A stretch of 64,000 bases of DNA from Candidatus Eiseniibacteriota bacterium (GCA_963792585.1 CAWBWI010000003.1:1268292-1332291), one strand, 5' to 3'. Numbered from the stretch's first letter, positions 38,918 through 51,752 are shown. Made by a program: numbers and translations. Notes: generated from the letters alone by a model not told the origin.

Positions 38918-39379
38918 ATGACAGGAGCGAAGACGGTCGCGAGCTCCCGGATCGACAGGAGGGTCGCCCGACTCAATGCACTCTGGGTGACCCTCGCATC
39001 GGGGGCGTTTCTGATCCTCGGGTGGTGGTGGATCCTGCTATTCCTCTTCCTCGACTTTCTTCTGCGCGGTTTCCTTCGGGGTCGAATGAGCCCGTTCGCC
39101 GCTCTCAGCCGACGCGTCGTCGCGTCCTTCCAATCCCCTCCGCAACTCCAGTGGGCGGCCTCCAAGATCTTCGCAGCCAAGCTCGGCTGCGTCTTCTCGC
39201 TCGTGGCGTTTCTGGTCAGCATGGCCGGGGCCGACACGGCGTCGAGAATTCTCGCGGGATGCCTCCTTCTCCTTGCCAGCCTGGAGGCGTTCGCCGGCTA
39301 CTGCGTGGGCTGCCAGATCCACTCCACCCTCTACCGGGTCGGCGCGCTCCGGGACGCCGGACCGGGGAAACGGGAATGA
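38918..39379 (+). CDS. DUF4395-family membrane protein
   Basis: ID..VARLNA, SPF, KIFAAKLG and LEAFAGYCVGC motifs; several TM segments; GGAGGT RBS. Confidence 0.85.
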   Translation: MTGAKTVASSRIDRRVARLNALWVTLASGAFLILGWWWILLFLFLDFLLRGFLRGRMSPFAALSRRVVASFQSPPQLQWAASKIFAAKLGCVFSLVAFLVSMAGADTASRILAGCLLLLASLEAFAGYCVGCQIHSTLYRVGALRDAGPGKRE

Positions 39380-39545
39380 CGTCGCGTCTGTCGCGCGGAA
39401 ACTAGGTCCTCGTCTCCAATCCCGACATCGCCCGCCTCCCGATTGCGCGGTATGCGTAGTCGCAACCGCGCCCCCGTCGCTTGCTTCCTTGGACCGAATC
39501 CAAGATAATTGGGCGCGGTTCGATCCAACACCCCGGGAGGCATCC

Positions 39546-41381
39546 ATGACGCGTATCACCCTGCTCGCAATCCGCGCGGCCGTTGTGGCCTTGTTCGTCG
39601 CTGGCGGCACCGCTCAGGCGGCTCCGGACAAGGTCTACTTCACCGAGTACAAGTACAACGACCCGAAGATCAAATCGATCAACCTGGATGGGACGGGGCT
39701 TCAGGATCTGTTCGCGCCTCCGTCCGGCGAGTGGCTGCCGGTAGGTTGCGACTACGACGCGGCGAGCGACAAGTTCTACTGGAGTCAGGGGAACACCCCG
39801 GGCACGATCCGCCGGGCGAATCTCGACGGCAGCGGCATGCAGCTACTCCTCTCGGGGCTCAAGATCCCGCGCGGGATGTCGATCGACGTGGACCACGGAA
39901 AGATGTACTGGGTGCAATCCCCGCCCGCCGGGAACGCAACCGGGCTGCTCAAGCGGGCCAATCTCGACGGCACGTCGGTCGAGACGGTCTACGCGGAGAA
40001 TCCCTACGACCCTGTGCTGTCGTACGTCGGAAAGCCGACGGTCGACCCCGCGAACGGGTACGTCTACTTCAACGCGGGCGGAGAGATCCGCCGGGTGAGA
40101 CTCGACGGCACCGGAACGGTGCAGACGGTGGTTCGAGGCGTGACAACCGTTGCGGCGATCGCCCTCGATGTGGCGAACGATCTCGTCTACTTCGCCGACG
40201 CCAACACGAACTCCGACTACATCGGACGGGCGAGGCTTGACGACTCGGATTTTGCGGTCCTCTATGACAACACGCCGGGAGTCGCCGGTACCTCGGGCCT
40301 CTTCGACATGAAGATCGATCTCGAGGGGGGGAGGATCTACTGGACCGACGAGCTGGCGAAGACGGTGCGGCGAATCCATCTGGACGGCTCGGGGCCGGAG
40401 ACGATCTACGTGGCCTCCCCCGACCTCGCGCCGACCGCCCTCACGCTCAACACCGATCCCCTCCAGCCGATCCAGGACTGCAACGGGAACTCCGTGCGGG
40501 ATCTCGACGACATCGGAAACGGGACGAGCCAGGACTGCAACGCCAACGGGATCCCCGACGAGTGCGAGTCGAACCCTTGCGTGCCGGTCGTCTATGCGAT
40601 CAACAACGGAAGCGACCCGACCGGGCATCGGACCGTGAGCGGCGATCCGTCGACGGGGTTCGAGGTGTTCCAGCCGTTCGACCTCACCGCACCGCTCACC
40701 GTCACCGGGATCGGACTGGACGGTTGGACGACCGTCTACCAGCCCGCCGGATTCACCGCGACGATCTTTCCGGACAACGGCACGAACAGCTTCCCCGATG
40801 AAGGCAGCCCGATGGCCTCCAGCATCTTCCAGTGGAGGTTCAGCCCGAACACGGTCGTCTGGGTCGATCACCCGATCCAGGTGCAGTTGACCGCGGGCCG
40901 GTGGTGGGTGCGGCTGACCGCGAACAGCACCCTCTACACGGCGGCTGCCTGCTACGGGACCAGCGGCCCCGCGTCGCTCTCGCGAAGGCTGAGCAATGGG
41001 CAGATCATCCAGGCATCGCGCTCGATCGCGCTTCGGTTGCGCGGACTGGATCCCGCAGCGGTCGGGGATGCTCCCGCGCGCGGGGTCGCGGCGCGGGTCC
41101 ATTCGCCCGAGCCGAATCCCTCGCGAGGGGCCGTCCGCATCCCGATCGATGTCGGCGCGGCGACGCCGATGGAATGCATCATTCTGGATCCGGGCGGCCG
41201 CGTGATCCGATCGCTGGGATCGGCGACCCTCGAAGGGCCGATGGCCGCCTTCGTGTGGGACGGTCGCGGCCGGGACGGCGCGAGCGCGCCGTCGGGGGTC
41301 TACTACGCGCTGGTGAGGCTTCTGGACCCGACGGGGGCCCCGATTCGGTTGCGGTCCGGTCCCCTGCTCTTGCTGAGGTGA
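39546..41381 (+). CDS. Secreted YWTD (LDL-receptor class B) propeller protein with Ca-binding DCNxN motifs and FlgD-Ig/T9SS-like CTD
   Basis: Six blades (YFTE, YWSQ, YWVQ, YFNA, YFAD, YWTD) with RANLDG; DCNGNSVRD and DCNANGIPDEC; C-terminal PNP...WDGRGRDG..APSGVYY. Confidence 0.88.
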   Translation: MTRITLLAIRAAVVALFVAGGTAQAAPDKVYFTEYKYNDPKIKSINLDGTGLQDLFAPPSGEWLPVGCDYDAASDKFYWSQGNTPGTIRRANLDGSGMQLLLSGLKIPRGMSIDVDHGKMYWVQSPPAGNATGLLKRANLDGTSVETVYAENPYDPVLSYVGKPTVDPANGYVYFNAGGEIRRVRLDGTGTVQTVVRGVTTVAAIALDVANDLVYFADANTNSDYIGRARLDDSDFAVLYDNTPGVAGTSGLFDMKIDLEGGRIYWTDELAKTVRRIHLDGSGPETIYVASPDLAPTALTLNTDPLQPIQDCNGNSVRDLDDIGNGTSQDCNANGIPDECESNPCVPVVYAINNGSDPTGHRTVSGDPSTGFEVFQPFDLTAPLTVTGIGLDGWTTVYQPAGFTATIFPDNGTNSFPDEGSPMASSIFQWRFSPNTVVWVDHPIQVQLTAGRWWVRLTANSTLYTAAACYGTSGPASLSRRLSNGQIIQASRSIALRLRGLDPAAVGDAPARGVAARVHSPEPNPSRGAVRIPIDVGAATPMECIILDPGGRVIRSLGSATLEGPMAAFVWDGRGRDGASAPSGVYYALVRLLDPTGAPIRLRSGPLLLLR

Positions 41382-41424
41382 GTGGAGGCGCCGGATCCCT
41401 GCGATCTGGTATCCTCCGCAATCT

Positions 41425-43069
<1,645 letters not shown>

Positions 43070-43103
43070 TCGCGAACAAGCTCGGGCGCTTCGATCCCCG
43101 CGA

Positions 43104-44456
43104 TTACCTTACCCGTACGAAGCGTGCGCTCGATGCCCCGGAGGACGTCTCCATTCGGACGATGTAGACTCCGGACCCGGGCATGCGCGGTAGAGGGACC
43201 TCATTGAATCCGGGCGGAAGCAGCCGCGTCACGGCCTCCGTCGCCGCGCGCCCCTGGATGTCGAACACCTGCCAGCGGACCTGGGAGGGTCGTTCGAGAG
43301 AGAGGCGAATCGCGCTATCGTCCCTGACCGGGTTCGGCGCGATCGACATGGTGGGGTGACCCATGGGGGCGCCCTCCGCCAGACCGGCGGGATTCGTGGC
43401 GATCGCGTAGTGAAGGTCGGCCTCGATCGAGCTGCGGTAGGCGGCGTGCAGGTGGGCCGAGCTGTCGAGGACCAGGGAGCACCATTGATCCGTGAAGGTC
43501 ATCGCCTCGATCGCGTCGTGCGTCCAGGCTCCGTTCTCGTAGGCGTCGTAGTTGACGCGACCGTTCCCAAGGTCCCAGCTCAGGACGCTCGGCTCGCCGT
43601 TCGGGCGCAGACGCAGCGAGCTGTAGAGGCCGATCTGGCCTCCGGCCCGCACGATCTGCGTTTGCCAGGTTCCTCCCGCGCCGGAGCGGGATGCGTATTT
43701 CAGGTGGGATCCCTGACCGAATTGATACGCGTAGCTGATGCGGGGGACGCCGTCCGCATCGATCTGGATCGATGTGCCGATCGGGGTTCCCCCGTCCACG
43801 ACCTCGATCGTCCACTGCGCTCCATCCCACCTTGCATACCGCAACTGCCCCTGGGTGTGGTCGGCATACGAGATGTTGGGCCGATCCAGCGCGTCGAGGG
43901 CCAATGAGGTGTAGAGCCCCGCGCCGAGCTGTGGGGGGCCGCTGTCGATCATCTCGATCTGCCATGCGACGCCGTCCCAGCGGGCGAACTTCAGGTCCCC
44001 GTTCGTATAGTCGTAGTAGCTGATCGAGGGATTCCCCGAGTGGTCCAGGGCAAGGCTGCAGCACTGGCCGACGTACGCGGCGTTGTCGACCGTCTCCTTC
44101 GCCCAGGCGCTCCCCGTCCACTGCGCGTATCTGAGGGAGGAGTTGGTCAGATCCCAATATGCGATTCGGGGGTTCCCAACGGCATCGAAGGCGAGGGACG
44201 TGTACCAGCCCGTGCGGCCCGTGGTGTCCACCGTCTCGACCTGCCAGCTTCCCCCGACGAGGCGCGCGAACTTCAGGTCGTCGGTCGAAGACGCGCAGTA
44301 GGAAATTCCGGGGTTCTGGAGCGGATCGAGGGCGATCGAAGCATACGCGCCGACGTCGCCGGGACCGTCGACGGATGAGATGCTCCACGACAGGGCCCGG
44401 GCATTGCCGGCGACGAAGATCAGGAGTGCGCATAGGACCGTGATCCTGGATTTCAT
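43104..44456 (-). CDS. Secreted BNR-like repeat beta-propeller with T9SS-like CTD
   Basis: AAGGAGG RBS; signal peptide; about 8 repeats of VD..G.Y.SLALD..G.P.ISY.D....LKFA; C-terminal PNPVR...FDIQGR...GVYIV. Confidence 0.88.
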   Translation of the reverse strand: MKSRITVLCALLIFVAGNARALSWSISSVDGPGDVGAYASIALDPLQNPGISYCASSTDDLKFARLVGGSWQVETVDTTGRTGWYTSLAFDAVGNPRIAYWDLTNSSLRYAQWTGSAWAKETVDNAAYVGQCCSLALDHSGNPSISYYDYTNGDLKFARWDGVAWQIEMIDSGPPQLGAGLYTSLALDALDRPNISYADHTQGQLRYARWDGAQWTIEVVDGGTPIGTSIQIDADGVPRISYAYQFGQGSHLKYASRSGAGGTWQTQIVRAGGQIGLYSSLRLRPNGEPSVLSWDLGNGRVNYDAYENGAWTHDAIEAMTFTDQWCSLVLDSSAHLHAAYRSSIEADLHYAIATNPAGLAEGAPMGHPTMSIAPNPVRDDSAIRLSLERPSQVRWQVFDIQGRAATEAVTRLLPPGFNEVPLPRMPGSGVYIVRMETSSGASSARFVRVR

Positions 44457-44599
44457 CGGGTCGCCTCCTTTGCCTCGGCCACATTCGTGACGGAGAGGAT
44501 ACCACAGCCATGCGATGCCGGGAATCAAGGCAACATCGCCTCACGAGAGGGTTGCCGAACGGGTCTCCTCACGAACCGACCCGGCGGTTTCCCAGCCGG

Positions 44600-45260
44600 T
44601 CAGCGGTAGAGGCCGCGGACAGCGCCCCACGTCGTCGGTTTCGCAGCCACAGGGTTGAACTCGAACTGCATGTTCACACCCATGATCTCCGTCACCGCAC
44701 TCTCAGCTACCCATGAGGGATATCCCCAGTACGAACCCTTGAACATCGCGGCGCAGGGGGGTACGGGTGTGGAGACGAGCTGGACGCCCCAGTCGGGTGC
44801 GGTCGTCGTCGCACTGAGCAGGACGCAGCACCAGTAGAGCTGGTTTGCTGCATAGGCGAAGTTCGTGGCGAAGGTGTAGGTCGAAGAGCGGAAACCCGTC
44901 CACGGGGTCGGTTCCCGCGCTGACCTGATTTGTCGGCTGTAGGAAATAGGTCTGCTGCAGTTCAGATCCGACCGCGCACGTGCCCGCGCTGTCGTAGATG
45001 ATCACAGTCCAGTGGCGGACGCCGGGACTTGTCGAACCAAACGGCCCCCCGGTGACGCTCACGCCGGTCAACGTTCCCGCCACCGCGTTCGTGAAGCTTT
45101 GCGCCGTCTGGGCGCCGGTGAATCCGTCGCTCAAGGAGTCGGAGGCGATCTTCGTCCCGCTCCTGCAACCGCAGACCCATTCCTCGTGGGATTGCGCCCG
45201 CGGGCCCTCCACGGAGACCGTGGAAACGACGAGCGCTAGAATCGAGAAGAGAATCCTCAT
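44600..45260 (-). pseudogene. Secreted protein with TWGAVRGLYR tail, split by a single +1 frameshift near 44883
   Basis: Removing one base at TTC-G-ACC gives a continuous 219-aa ORF: FPLFTYTFATNF...YWGYPSW...PVAAKPTTWGAVRGLYR, stop at 44600-44602. Confidence 0.8.
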
Positions 45261-45449
45261 GGTTCATGGTCTCCTTGCCGGATACGCGGTCCCTGGGACC
45301 GACAGTCTTGTAGATGCGAACGGTTGATACTAGGCGAATCGGGTGTTCGATGCGAGGAGAATCCCTGCCGTGCGGCTGCCGCGTAGATTCGCACTCGGCG
45401 TGCAAGGGCCGTTCCCACTTTGAATCGAGGAAGATGCGTCCGACAACCC

Positions 45450-48400
45450 CTATGGGGGGGGTGTCTGTGCGAAGGCGACGATGTCTTCCGGGGTCATGGC
45501 CTGACCCTGCGCCCGAATGGAGGCGAACACGTCTTCGCCCAGTTCCGTCCGCAGGCGATCCAGGTGTGCCCGGCGGTCCTCCCGATCGGGATCGGGCAGG
45601 GGTGTCTTGGTCCGCAACCGCATGGTTTCCGTCGCGGCGATGATCCGCAGCGCGCGCGAAGGCTGCTCGGCGGCCTGCTCGAGTTGCGCCATGGCCTCCA
45701 GGCACCAGATGAGCTGCATCGGGTTCTGAAACTCTCGCTCGATCGACAGCGCTTCGCAGAGATCCCGGCGCGCGGCGTCGAAGGCGCCCAGCTCGATCCG
45801 CGCCATCGCCACGGAGCGCAGCGCCTTGCCTTCGTTCGTCCGGTTCGAGGTCCCGCGCGTCATCGCCAGGGACTCCTCCGCGAGTTGCAGCGCACGGTCC
45901 GGTCGCCCGAGATTTCTCACCGTCGTGCTGAGGTTGCCCAGCATGGTCGCGATGCCGACGGCGTCGCCCGTCTCGCGAAAGATCGTCAGCGCATCCTGGA
46001 AATAGCCTTCCGATCGGGAGTGATCGCCGCGCCGGGAGGCGAGGATCCCGAGGCTGTTCAGCCTGTTGGGTATGGGGCCCAGGTTTCCCATCTCGCGGTC
46101 GATCGCGATCGACTCCTCGATACGGTCCCGCGCCAGATCCCACTCCGCCCGCTCGACCGCGACGATGCCGAGAATCGCGAGCACGGCCGCGGTACCCTTC
46201 TTGTCCCCGCCGGCGCGCATGCGGTCGAGCGCCTCCTCTCCGAAATGGAGCGTGCTCTCATAGTCCGAATAGGCCACGGTGAGCGAGGCCGCGAGGTAGA
46301 GAAGTTGCGTTCGGTCGTCCTCGCTGAGGATGTCTTGCTGGAGCAATCCCTGGACGTAGCCGAGACCTTCCCGCAGATGGCCGTGCAACAGCCAGAAGCG
46401 CCGCAGGGTGGCGACGATCCGAATGGCTCGGTCGATCTCCCTGCCCTGCCCGATACACCAGTCTAGGATCGAGCGGAGGTTCTCGTGCTCCGCCGCGAAA
46501 CGGTCGATCCATGGAGGCTCGCGGGGGGTGCTCATATCCGGTTTGGCGCGTAGCGTGAGCTCGTGGTAGTAGCCAAGAAGGAGCGTTCGAGTTTTCAGTT
46601 CTTCCGCAGGATCCAGTCGGTCCATGGAGAAGCGTCGCACCATCTCGAGCATACGGTAGGTGGGGCGGGTCGCGTCCGGCTCGTCCGTGGATTGCGTCTC
46701 GGATTGGACGAGCGATTTCTCCGCCAGCGCGCGCAACACGTCTCCGACCTCGCGTGAACCGATAACCGCGATCCCGCTCCCCTCGGCGATCGCATCGGCG
46801 CAGGCGCGCTCCGCAGCTTCCAGGCTCCATCGACCGGCAAAGAGGGCCAGCCGTTGGAGAAGTCGCTGTTCTTCCGGAGAGAGGAGCCGGTAGCTCCACT
46901 CGATACACGCCTGGATCGTCCGATGATGGGGAGCCGCCTCATCCCGACCGCCGGAGAGGAGGCGAAAGCTCTCTTCCAGGCGGGAGGCGATCTGTTCCGT
47001 GCCGAGGGCGGTCACGCGCGCCGCGGCGAGTTCGATCGCCAGCGGTATCCCCTCCAGGCGGCGGCAGATCCGGGCGATGGACGGAGCGTTCAGGGGTGTC
47101 AGGGCGAATCCGGGTCGACTGCCGCGCGCTCGATCTACGAATAGCTGAACCGACTCGCATGCGGCGAGATCTCGATCCGGATCGGTCTCTCTGGAGAGGG
47201 TCGCCTCCGGGATCTCCATGGGGCCGACGTCGAATCGCACCTCACCCGAGACGCCGAGTTCCTCGCGGCTGGTGGCGAGGATCCGCATCCCGGGACAGTC
47301 TCGAAGGATGCGCTGGAGAAGTGCGGCGACCGCAGGACGCAGGTGCTCGCAATTGTCGAGGGCGAGGAGTCCGTTGCGCTCCCGCAGATGTTCGACCAGT
47401 TGGTCCTCGACCTCCTCTCGCCCCTGTTCCCGAACGCCGATGGCATGGGCGATCTCGAGCGGGAGACTTTCGGGAACCGCGAGGGGCGCCAGGTCGATCC
47501 AGTGGGCGCCGTGCTCGATGGCACCGTGGAGGTGCAGGGTTGCGCGCAACGCGAGCCTCGTCTTCCCGCTGCCACCGGCGCCGACCAATGTCACGAGGGG
47601 ATGAGCCAGCACGAGCCGCCGGACCTCGGCCAACTCCCGTTCCCGGCCTATGAAGCGACCGATCTCCTGCGGTAGGTGGGACGGACGCTCGGCATCCAGG
47701 GACGCTGGTGGGGCCGGAATGCTCGTCTCGATCGCCGCCCGCATTTCCGCGGCGGTAGGATAACGTCCGGCGGGATCCTTGTGGAGCGCGCGCTCGATTG
47801 CCTCGGCCAGGGGGCCGGGAAGCTCAGGGCGACGCTCTCGGAGGTCGATCGGCGTGACCTCCCGGACGCGCGCCGCCAACTCCTCGTGCGTCCTCGCCAT
47901 GATCGGATAGCTGCCCGTAGCGAGCCGGAAGAGAAGGACGCCCAGCGCATAGAGATCGGAACGGACGCTCGAGGGCTCGCCGTCGAAGAGCTCGGGCGCC
48001 ATCATCAACGGGGTTCCGGTGACGGAATGCGTGGTCTCTCCGCCTCGCTGCCGTCCGCCGCGCAGATCCGCGCCCGCCCCGAAGTCCATCAGAACGGTTC
48101 TTCCACCCACCTCTCGCATCACGTTGGAGGCTTTGACATCGCCGTGGACGACGCCTGCAGCGTGGACGGCCGCCAGGGCACGGCAGAGGTCGATGCCGAT
48201 CCGCGCGAGCTCGCCGGGATCGAAGACGCCATCGCCGACGAGTACCCCTTCGAGGGTCTTCCCGTGGATGTACTCGGTCCACATCCCCGCGCGGGAGTCG
48301 TGAACCTCGATGCCGTGGATGATCAGGACATTCGGGTGACGCACGCGCGCCAGTCTGCGCGCCTCGTCCATCGGGGCGGCGGATGTCCCGGCAGGGGACG

Positions 48401-48599
48401 CTACGGTTTCGCGGGCGAGCTTGAGCGCGACTTCCCGCTGCAGCACGGGTTCGAACGCCCGGAAGACCTCTCCGAAGCTCCCTTCGCCGATCTTCTCGAG
48501 AACATGGAGGGGTCCCCAGGGAAACGACCCGGACGGCGGAGGCGTCTGTCCGGGCGAATCGCCCGGCCGACCGACTTTGCGACGTCTAGTGGGGCCCAT
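45450..48599 (-). CDS. Ser/Thr protein kinase (non-RD) - STAND ATPase - TPR protein
   Basis: GEGSFG, VALK, HGDVKASN, DFG, GTPLMMAPE; Walker A GAGGSGKT; LALDNCEH; GIPLAIELAA; TPRs. Start uncertain. Confidence 0.93.
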   Translation of the reverse strand: MGPTRRRKVGRPGDSPGQTPPPSGSFPWGPLHVLEKIGEGSFGEVFRAFEPVLQREVALKLARETVASPAGTSAAPMDEARRLARVRHPNVLIIHGIEVHDSRAGMWTEYIHGKTLEGVLVGDGVFDPGELARIGIDLCRALAAVHAAGVVHGDVKASNVMREVGGRTVLMDFGAGADLRGGRQRGGETTHSVTGTPLMMAPELFDGEPSSVRSDLYALGVLLFRLATGSYPIMARTHEELAARVREVTPIDLRERRPELPGPLAEAIERALHKDPAGRYPTAAEMRAAIETSIPAPPASLDAERPSHLPQEIGRFIGRERELAEVRRLVLAHPLVTLVGAGGSGKTRLALRATLHLHGAIEHGAHWIDLAPLAVPESLPLEIAHAIGVREQGREEVEDQLVEHLRERNGLLALDNCEHLRPAVAALLQRILRDCPGMRILATSREELGVSGEVRFDVGPMEIPEATLSRETDPDRDLAACESVQLFVDRARGSRPGFALTPLNAPSIARICRRLEGIPLAIELAAARVTALGTEQIASRLEESFRLLSGGRDEAAPHHRTIQACIEWSYRLLSPEEQRLLQRLALFAGRWSLEAAERACADAIAEGSGIAVIGSREVGDVLRALAEKSLVQSETQSTDEPDATRPTYRMLEMVRRFSMDRLDPAEELKTRTLLLGYYHELTLRAKPDMSTPREPPWIDRFAAEHENLRSILDWCIGQGREIDRAIRIVATLRRFWLLHGHLREGLGYVQGLLQQDILSEDDRTQLLYLAASLTVAYSDYESTLHFGEEALDRMRAGGDKKGTAAVLAILGIVAVERAEWDLARDRIEESIAIDREMGNLGPIPNRLNSLGILASRRGDHSRSEGYFQDALTIFRETGDAVGIATMLGNLSTTVRNLGRPDRALQLAEESLAMTRGTSNRTNEGKALRSVAMARIELGAFDAARRDLCEALSIEREFQNPMQLIWCLEAMAQLEQAAEQPSRALRIIAATETMRLRTKTPLPDPDREDRRAHLDRLRTELGEDVFASIRAQGQAMTPEDIVAFAQTPPP

Positions 48600-48774
48600 C
48601 GATCTCCCTGATGATCGTCGGAGCGGTGTCGTCCGATTCGACGAAGCTACCACGATGGTCGTGTAGGGGTCCACGCGGGGAACCGACTCGGGGGGGCGCC
48701 CGACATTCGCGAAACCAAGAAGGGCGACCGCACCGTCCGGAGCGGCCGCCCTTCCACGAATCCTCGGTCGTCGA

Positions 48775-51495
48775 TTATTGGATCACGGTGATCTTCCCGC
48801 TGAGCTTCGTGCCGCCGGATTCGAGGCGGTACGGATAGACGCCCGGACCCATCTTGCGCCCGGACGAGTCCTTGAGGTCCCAGCTCCAGCGATGACGCCC
48901 CGCGGACATTCCCGCCGACTCGAAGGTCCGAACCACGCGCCCCGTGGCATCCAGGATCGAGACCCGGACGTCCTGCGTTCCCGGCAGGTTGAAGTGGATC
49001 TCGACAGCGTCGCGCGTGGGGTTGGGCACGATCCCGAGGACCGAGGGTCCATTCGACCCCGACACCGCAACCGTCCAGGTCCCGAGCGCGTGGATCTCGC
49101 TGTTGCCGTCGAGCGCGTCGATTCGATAGACGTAGGCATCGCCGGGCGCCACCGAATCGTCACGGTAGGACCCACGACCGGTCGCATTCGCAGGCACCGT
49201 CGCGATGAGTCGATCGTCCGAGGCGCCGTCGGTCCGACGCCAGATCCGGTACTCGATCATGTTGAGATCCGCGTTCACAGTCCACGACAGCTCGACGGCG
49301 GAACCGCGCTGCGCGACCGCCGCGTCCAGGAGAAGGACGGGCGTGGCGCCGCAGGGGTTCCCGTCGATGTCGACGGTGCATGCGTTGTCGGTCTCGTCGC
49401 ACTCGCTGACCGTTCCGACCCCGTTCCCGGCGTCGTCGGCGACCGCCCAGAACGTGTGGACCCCGGTCGGCGGCGCCATGATCAGGGTCACATCCTCGAA
49501 CGATCCCGGGACCAGGTTGATCGACGTGACCGCTGTGCCGACGAGCAGCCCGCCGCCGCCCGGGTCGCCGTCGTAGAAGGCGACGCTTACGGGAGCTGCA
49601 GCCACGTTGGAACCGCCGTTGCCGATGCGGGCAACGAGTCCGACCCCGTCGGGGCAGGGCGTCGTATCGAAGTGCACGAGCGAGGCCGTCAGATTCGGTG
49701 CGGCGAGCGGCTGCAGGCCGGGAAGCGTGTTCTGACGGTAGTTGTTGTAGGGGCTCAGGAACGGGAACTGCCAGTTGGACTGCTCGAACTGCGGAATCGT
49801 CCCGTCATCGTTGATGTTCGTGATGTGGTATGCGTGCTGGTTCCAGATCTTGCGCGTGGCCACCCACGAGTCGTTCGCGTCCCCGAAGACGAAGACGCCC
49901 CGCTGCGGGCCGTAGCCGCAGTTGTTGTTCGCGACGGCGACGATCTCGGCGTTCCCGTCTCCATCGACATCGGCGACCAGGACGTACTCGTACCAGGTGC
50001 AGGAACTCATCGGGGTCTGGAAGAGGACCGTGCCGTCCGTGCCACGGTAGACGCGCAGATAGACCTCGTCCCGATAGACGACCTCCGCGATGCCGTCCCC
50101 ATCGAAGTCGAAGACGGATGAGCCCGTCACGTTCGAGCTGCCGTCCTGGGTGGTCGAGCTCCACTTGACGGTCCCATTCGTCTCGAGAACCGTGTAGGTG
50201 GTCGCGCCCGCAACGCCGATCTCCGGGAGTCCGTCGCCGTCGTAGTCGGCAACGGTCGGAGGGCCGCCGCTTCCACCGCCCGGAATCGCGACCGGTCCCC
50301 AGACGATCGAGCAGTCGTGATTGAGGAGCCAGACGTTCCCGGCTCCGACCACGACGATCTCGGCTTCGGGATCGTTGTCGAAGTTGGCGACGGCGTCCAG
50401 GGTGCCGGAGACGTTCGGATTCTGCGAGAGGACGGCTCCCGTCGCGGAGTAGACGGTATTGCCGATCACGATGTCGGGGGAGCCGTCGTTGTCGACATCG
50501 GCGACGCAGGAGATCGAGCCGACGGGACTGCCGGGGTTGCCGGCCCCCGTCCAGAGGAGGGTCCCGTTGTTGTCGATGACCTGACGACCCATGATGATCT
50601 CAGGATTCCCGTCGTGATCGAGGTCCGCGATCGAGGGCGCGCCCCAGTTGATCGGATCCAGGGTTTGGCTGAACCACTTGAAGGTCCCGTCGCTCTCGAA
50701 GGCGATCAGCTTGTTCCCCGCGGCCGCACAGGCGATGATCTCGGGCTGCCCATCGCCATCGATGTCCCCGACGGCCACGGATGAGGCCGTGTTCACAAGG
50801 TAGTTCGGGTCGGTGATGGTGAACAGCTCCGAACCGTTGTTACCGTTGAGGGCGCGAAGGAAGCCGACCTCAACATACCCGCCACCGACGGAGGCCGTGG
50901 AGCCGAAGATCACATCGGGGATCCCGTCGCCGCTGATGTCGATCACGGCGGGGGTCATCATCACGTTCAGGGCGTCGGGCTCGTTCTGGGAGGAGATCCA
51001 CGCCCACTCGAGGACGGGATCGAACGATCCCGGCGGCGGGGCGAAGTAGCAACTCGCGCCCGAGTCCCCAACGTTGTTCGTCTCGTCCGACTCGGCGATC
51101 TCGTTCTGGCTGTCGGCGAAGGCGTAGATCAAATTCTTCGCGAATAGGAGTGTCGCGTTGACGGACGGGCTGACGGTCGCCTGGTCTCCGGGGTTCAATG
51201 AACCCGGAACCGTCGCTTCTCCGAGATACAGATCCACTCCGTTGTCGTACACCCCGTTCGCATTCTCGTCCTCGAAGAGGAGAACGCTGAACCCTGCGCC
51301 CGTGGGCGTACCGCCGACGTTCTCGACCGTGACGCTGACCGTACCGTTGACGGCGGCGGTCTTGCACTCCACGGTGGACGAGGATGTGTCGACCTGCAAG
51401 ACGATCAGGTCCGACGCCAGACCCGGCGCGGCGGAGCCGATCGCCAGGAGTAGCGTGATTGCGGCTGCAAGGTTGAATCGGGATGAGCGCAACAT
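48775..51495 (-). CDS. Secreted CARDB + FG-GAP/VCBS repeat protein with FlgD-Ig/T9SS-like CTD
   Basis: Signal peptide; two CARDB-like ends (AESDETNN, SECDETDN); many D[IVL]DGDG.PEI repeats; C-terminal PNPTR...WDLKDSSG..GPGVY. Confidence 0.9.
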   Translation of the reverse strand: MLRSSRFNLAAAITLLLAIGSAAPGLASDLIVLQVDTSSSTVECKTAAVNGTVSVTVENVGGTPTGAGFSVLLFEDENANGVYDNGVDLYLGEATVPGSLNPGDQATVSPSVNATLLFAKNLIYAFADSQNEIAESDETNNVGDSGASCYFAPPPGSFDPVLEWAWISSQNEPDALNVMMTPAVIDISGDGIPDVIFGSTASVGGGYVEVGFLRALNGNNGSELFTITDPNYLVNTASSVAVGDIDGDGQPEIIACAAAGNKLIAFESDGTFKWFSQTLDPINWGAPSIADLDHDGNPEIIMGRQVIDNNGTLLWTGAGNPGSPVGSISCVADVDNDGSPDIVIGNTVYSATGAVLSQNPNVSGTLDAVANFDNDPEAEIVVVGAGNVWLLNHDCSIVWGPVAIPGGGSGGPPTVADYDGDGLPEIGVAGATTYTVLETNGTVKWSSTTQDGSSNVTGSSVFDFDGDGIAEVVYRDEVYLRVYRGTDGTVLFQTPMSSCTWYEYVLVADVDGDGNAEIVAVANNNCGYGPQRGVFVFGDANDSWVATRKIWNQHAYHITNINDDGTIPQFEQSNWQFPFLSPYNNYRQNTLPGLQPLAAPNLTASLVHFDTTPCPDGVGLVARIGNGGSNVAAAPVSVAFYDGDPGGGGLLVGTAVTSINLVPGSFEDVTLIMAPPTGVHTFWAVADDAGNGVGTVSECDETDNACTVDIDGNPCGATPVLLLDAAVAQRGSAVELSWTVNADLNMIEYRIWRRTDGASDDRLIATVPANATGRGSYRDDSVAPGDAYVYRIDALDGNSEIHALGTWTVAVSGSNGPSVLGIVPNPTRDAVEIHFNLPGTQDVRVSILDATGRVVRTFESAGMSAGRHRWSWDLKDSSGRKMGPGVYPYRLESGGTKLSGKITVIQ

Positions 51496-51752
51496 GCGAA
51501 GCCTCCACGGGAAGAGCGATTCCCTCGAATGACTCGGTGCGGCCTTGAGAACCTTGGGTCGATTGCGGCGAAGAACTCGCCGTTCGAATTAAACTGGTGA
51601 TTAGACCAGGAATGCTGCGGGAATGCAAGCGGCACGCCCAATCTGCCCCCAGGCGCGCGATCTCAAGGACGGAAGATTGTGATCTTCCGAACAAGAACGG
51701 ATCGTGCAATGCGCTTGCATCGACGGATTCGTAAGCCTCCGCGGGCCGTTTC

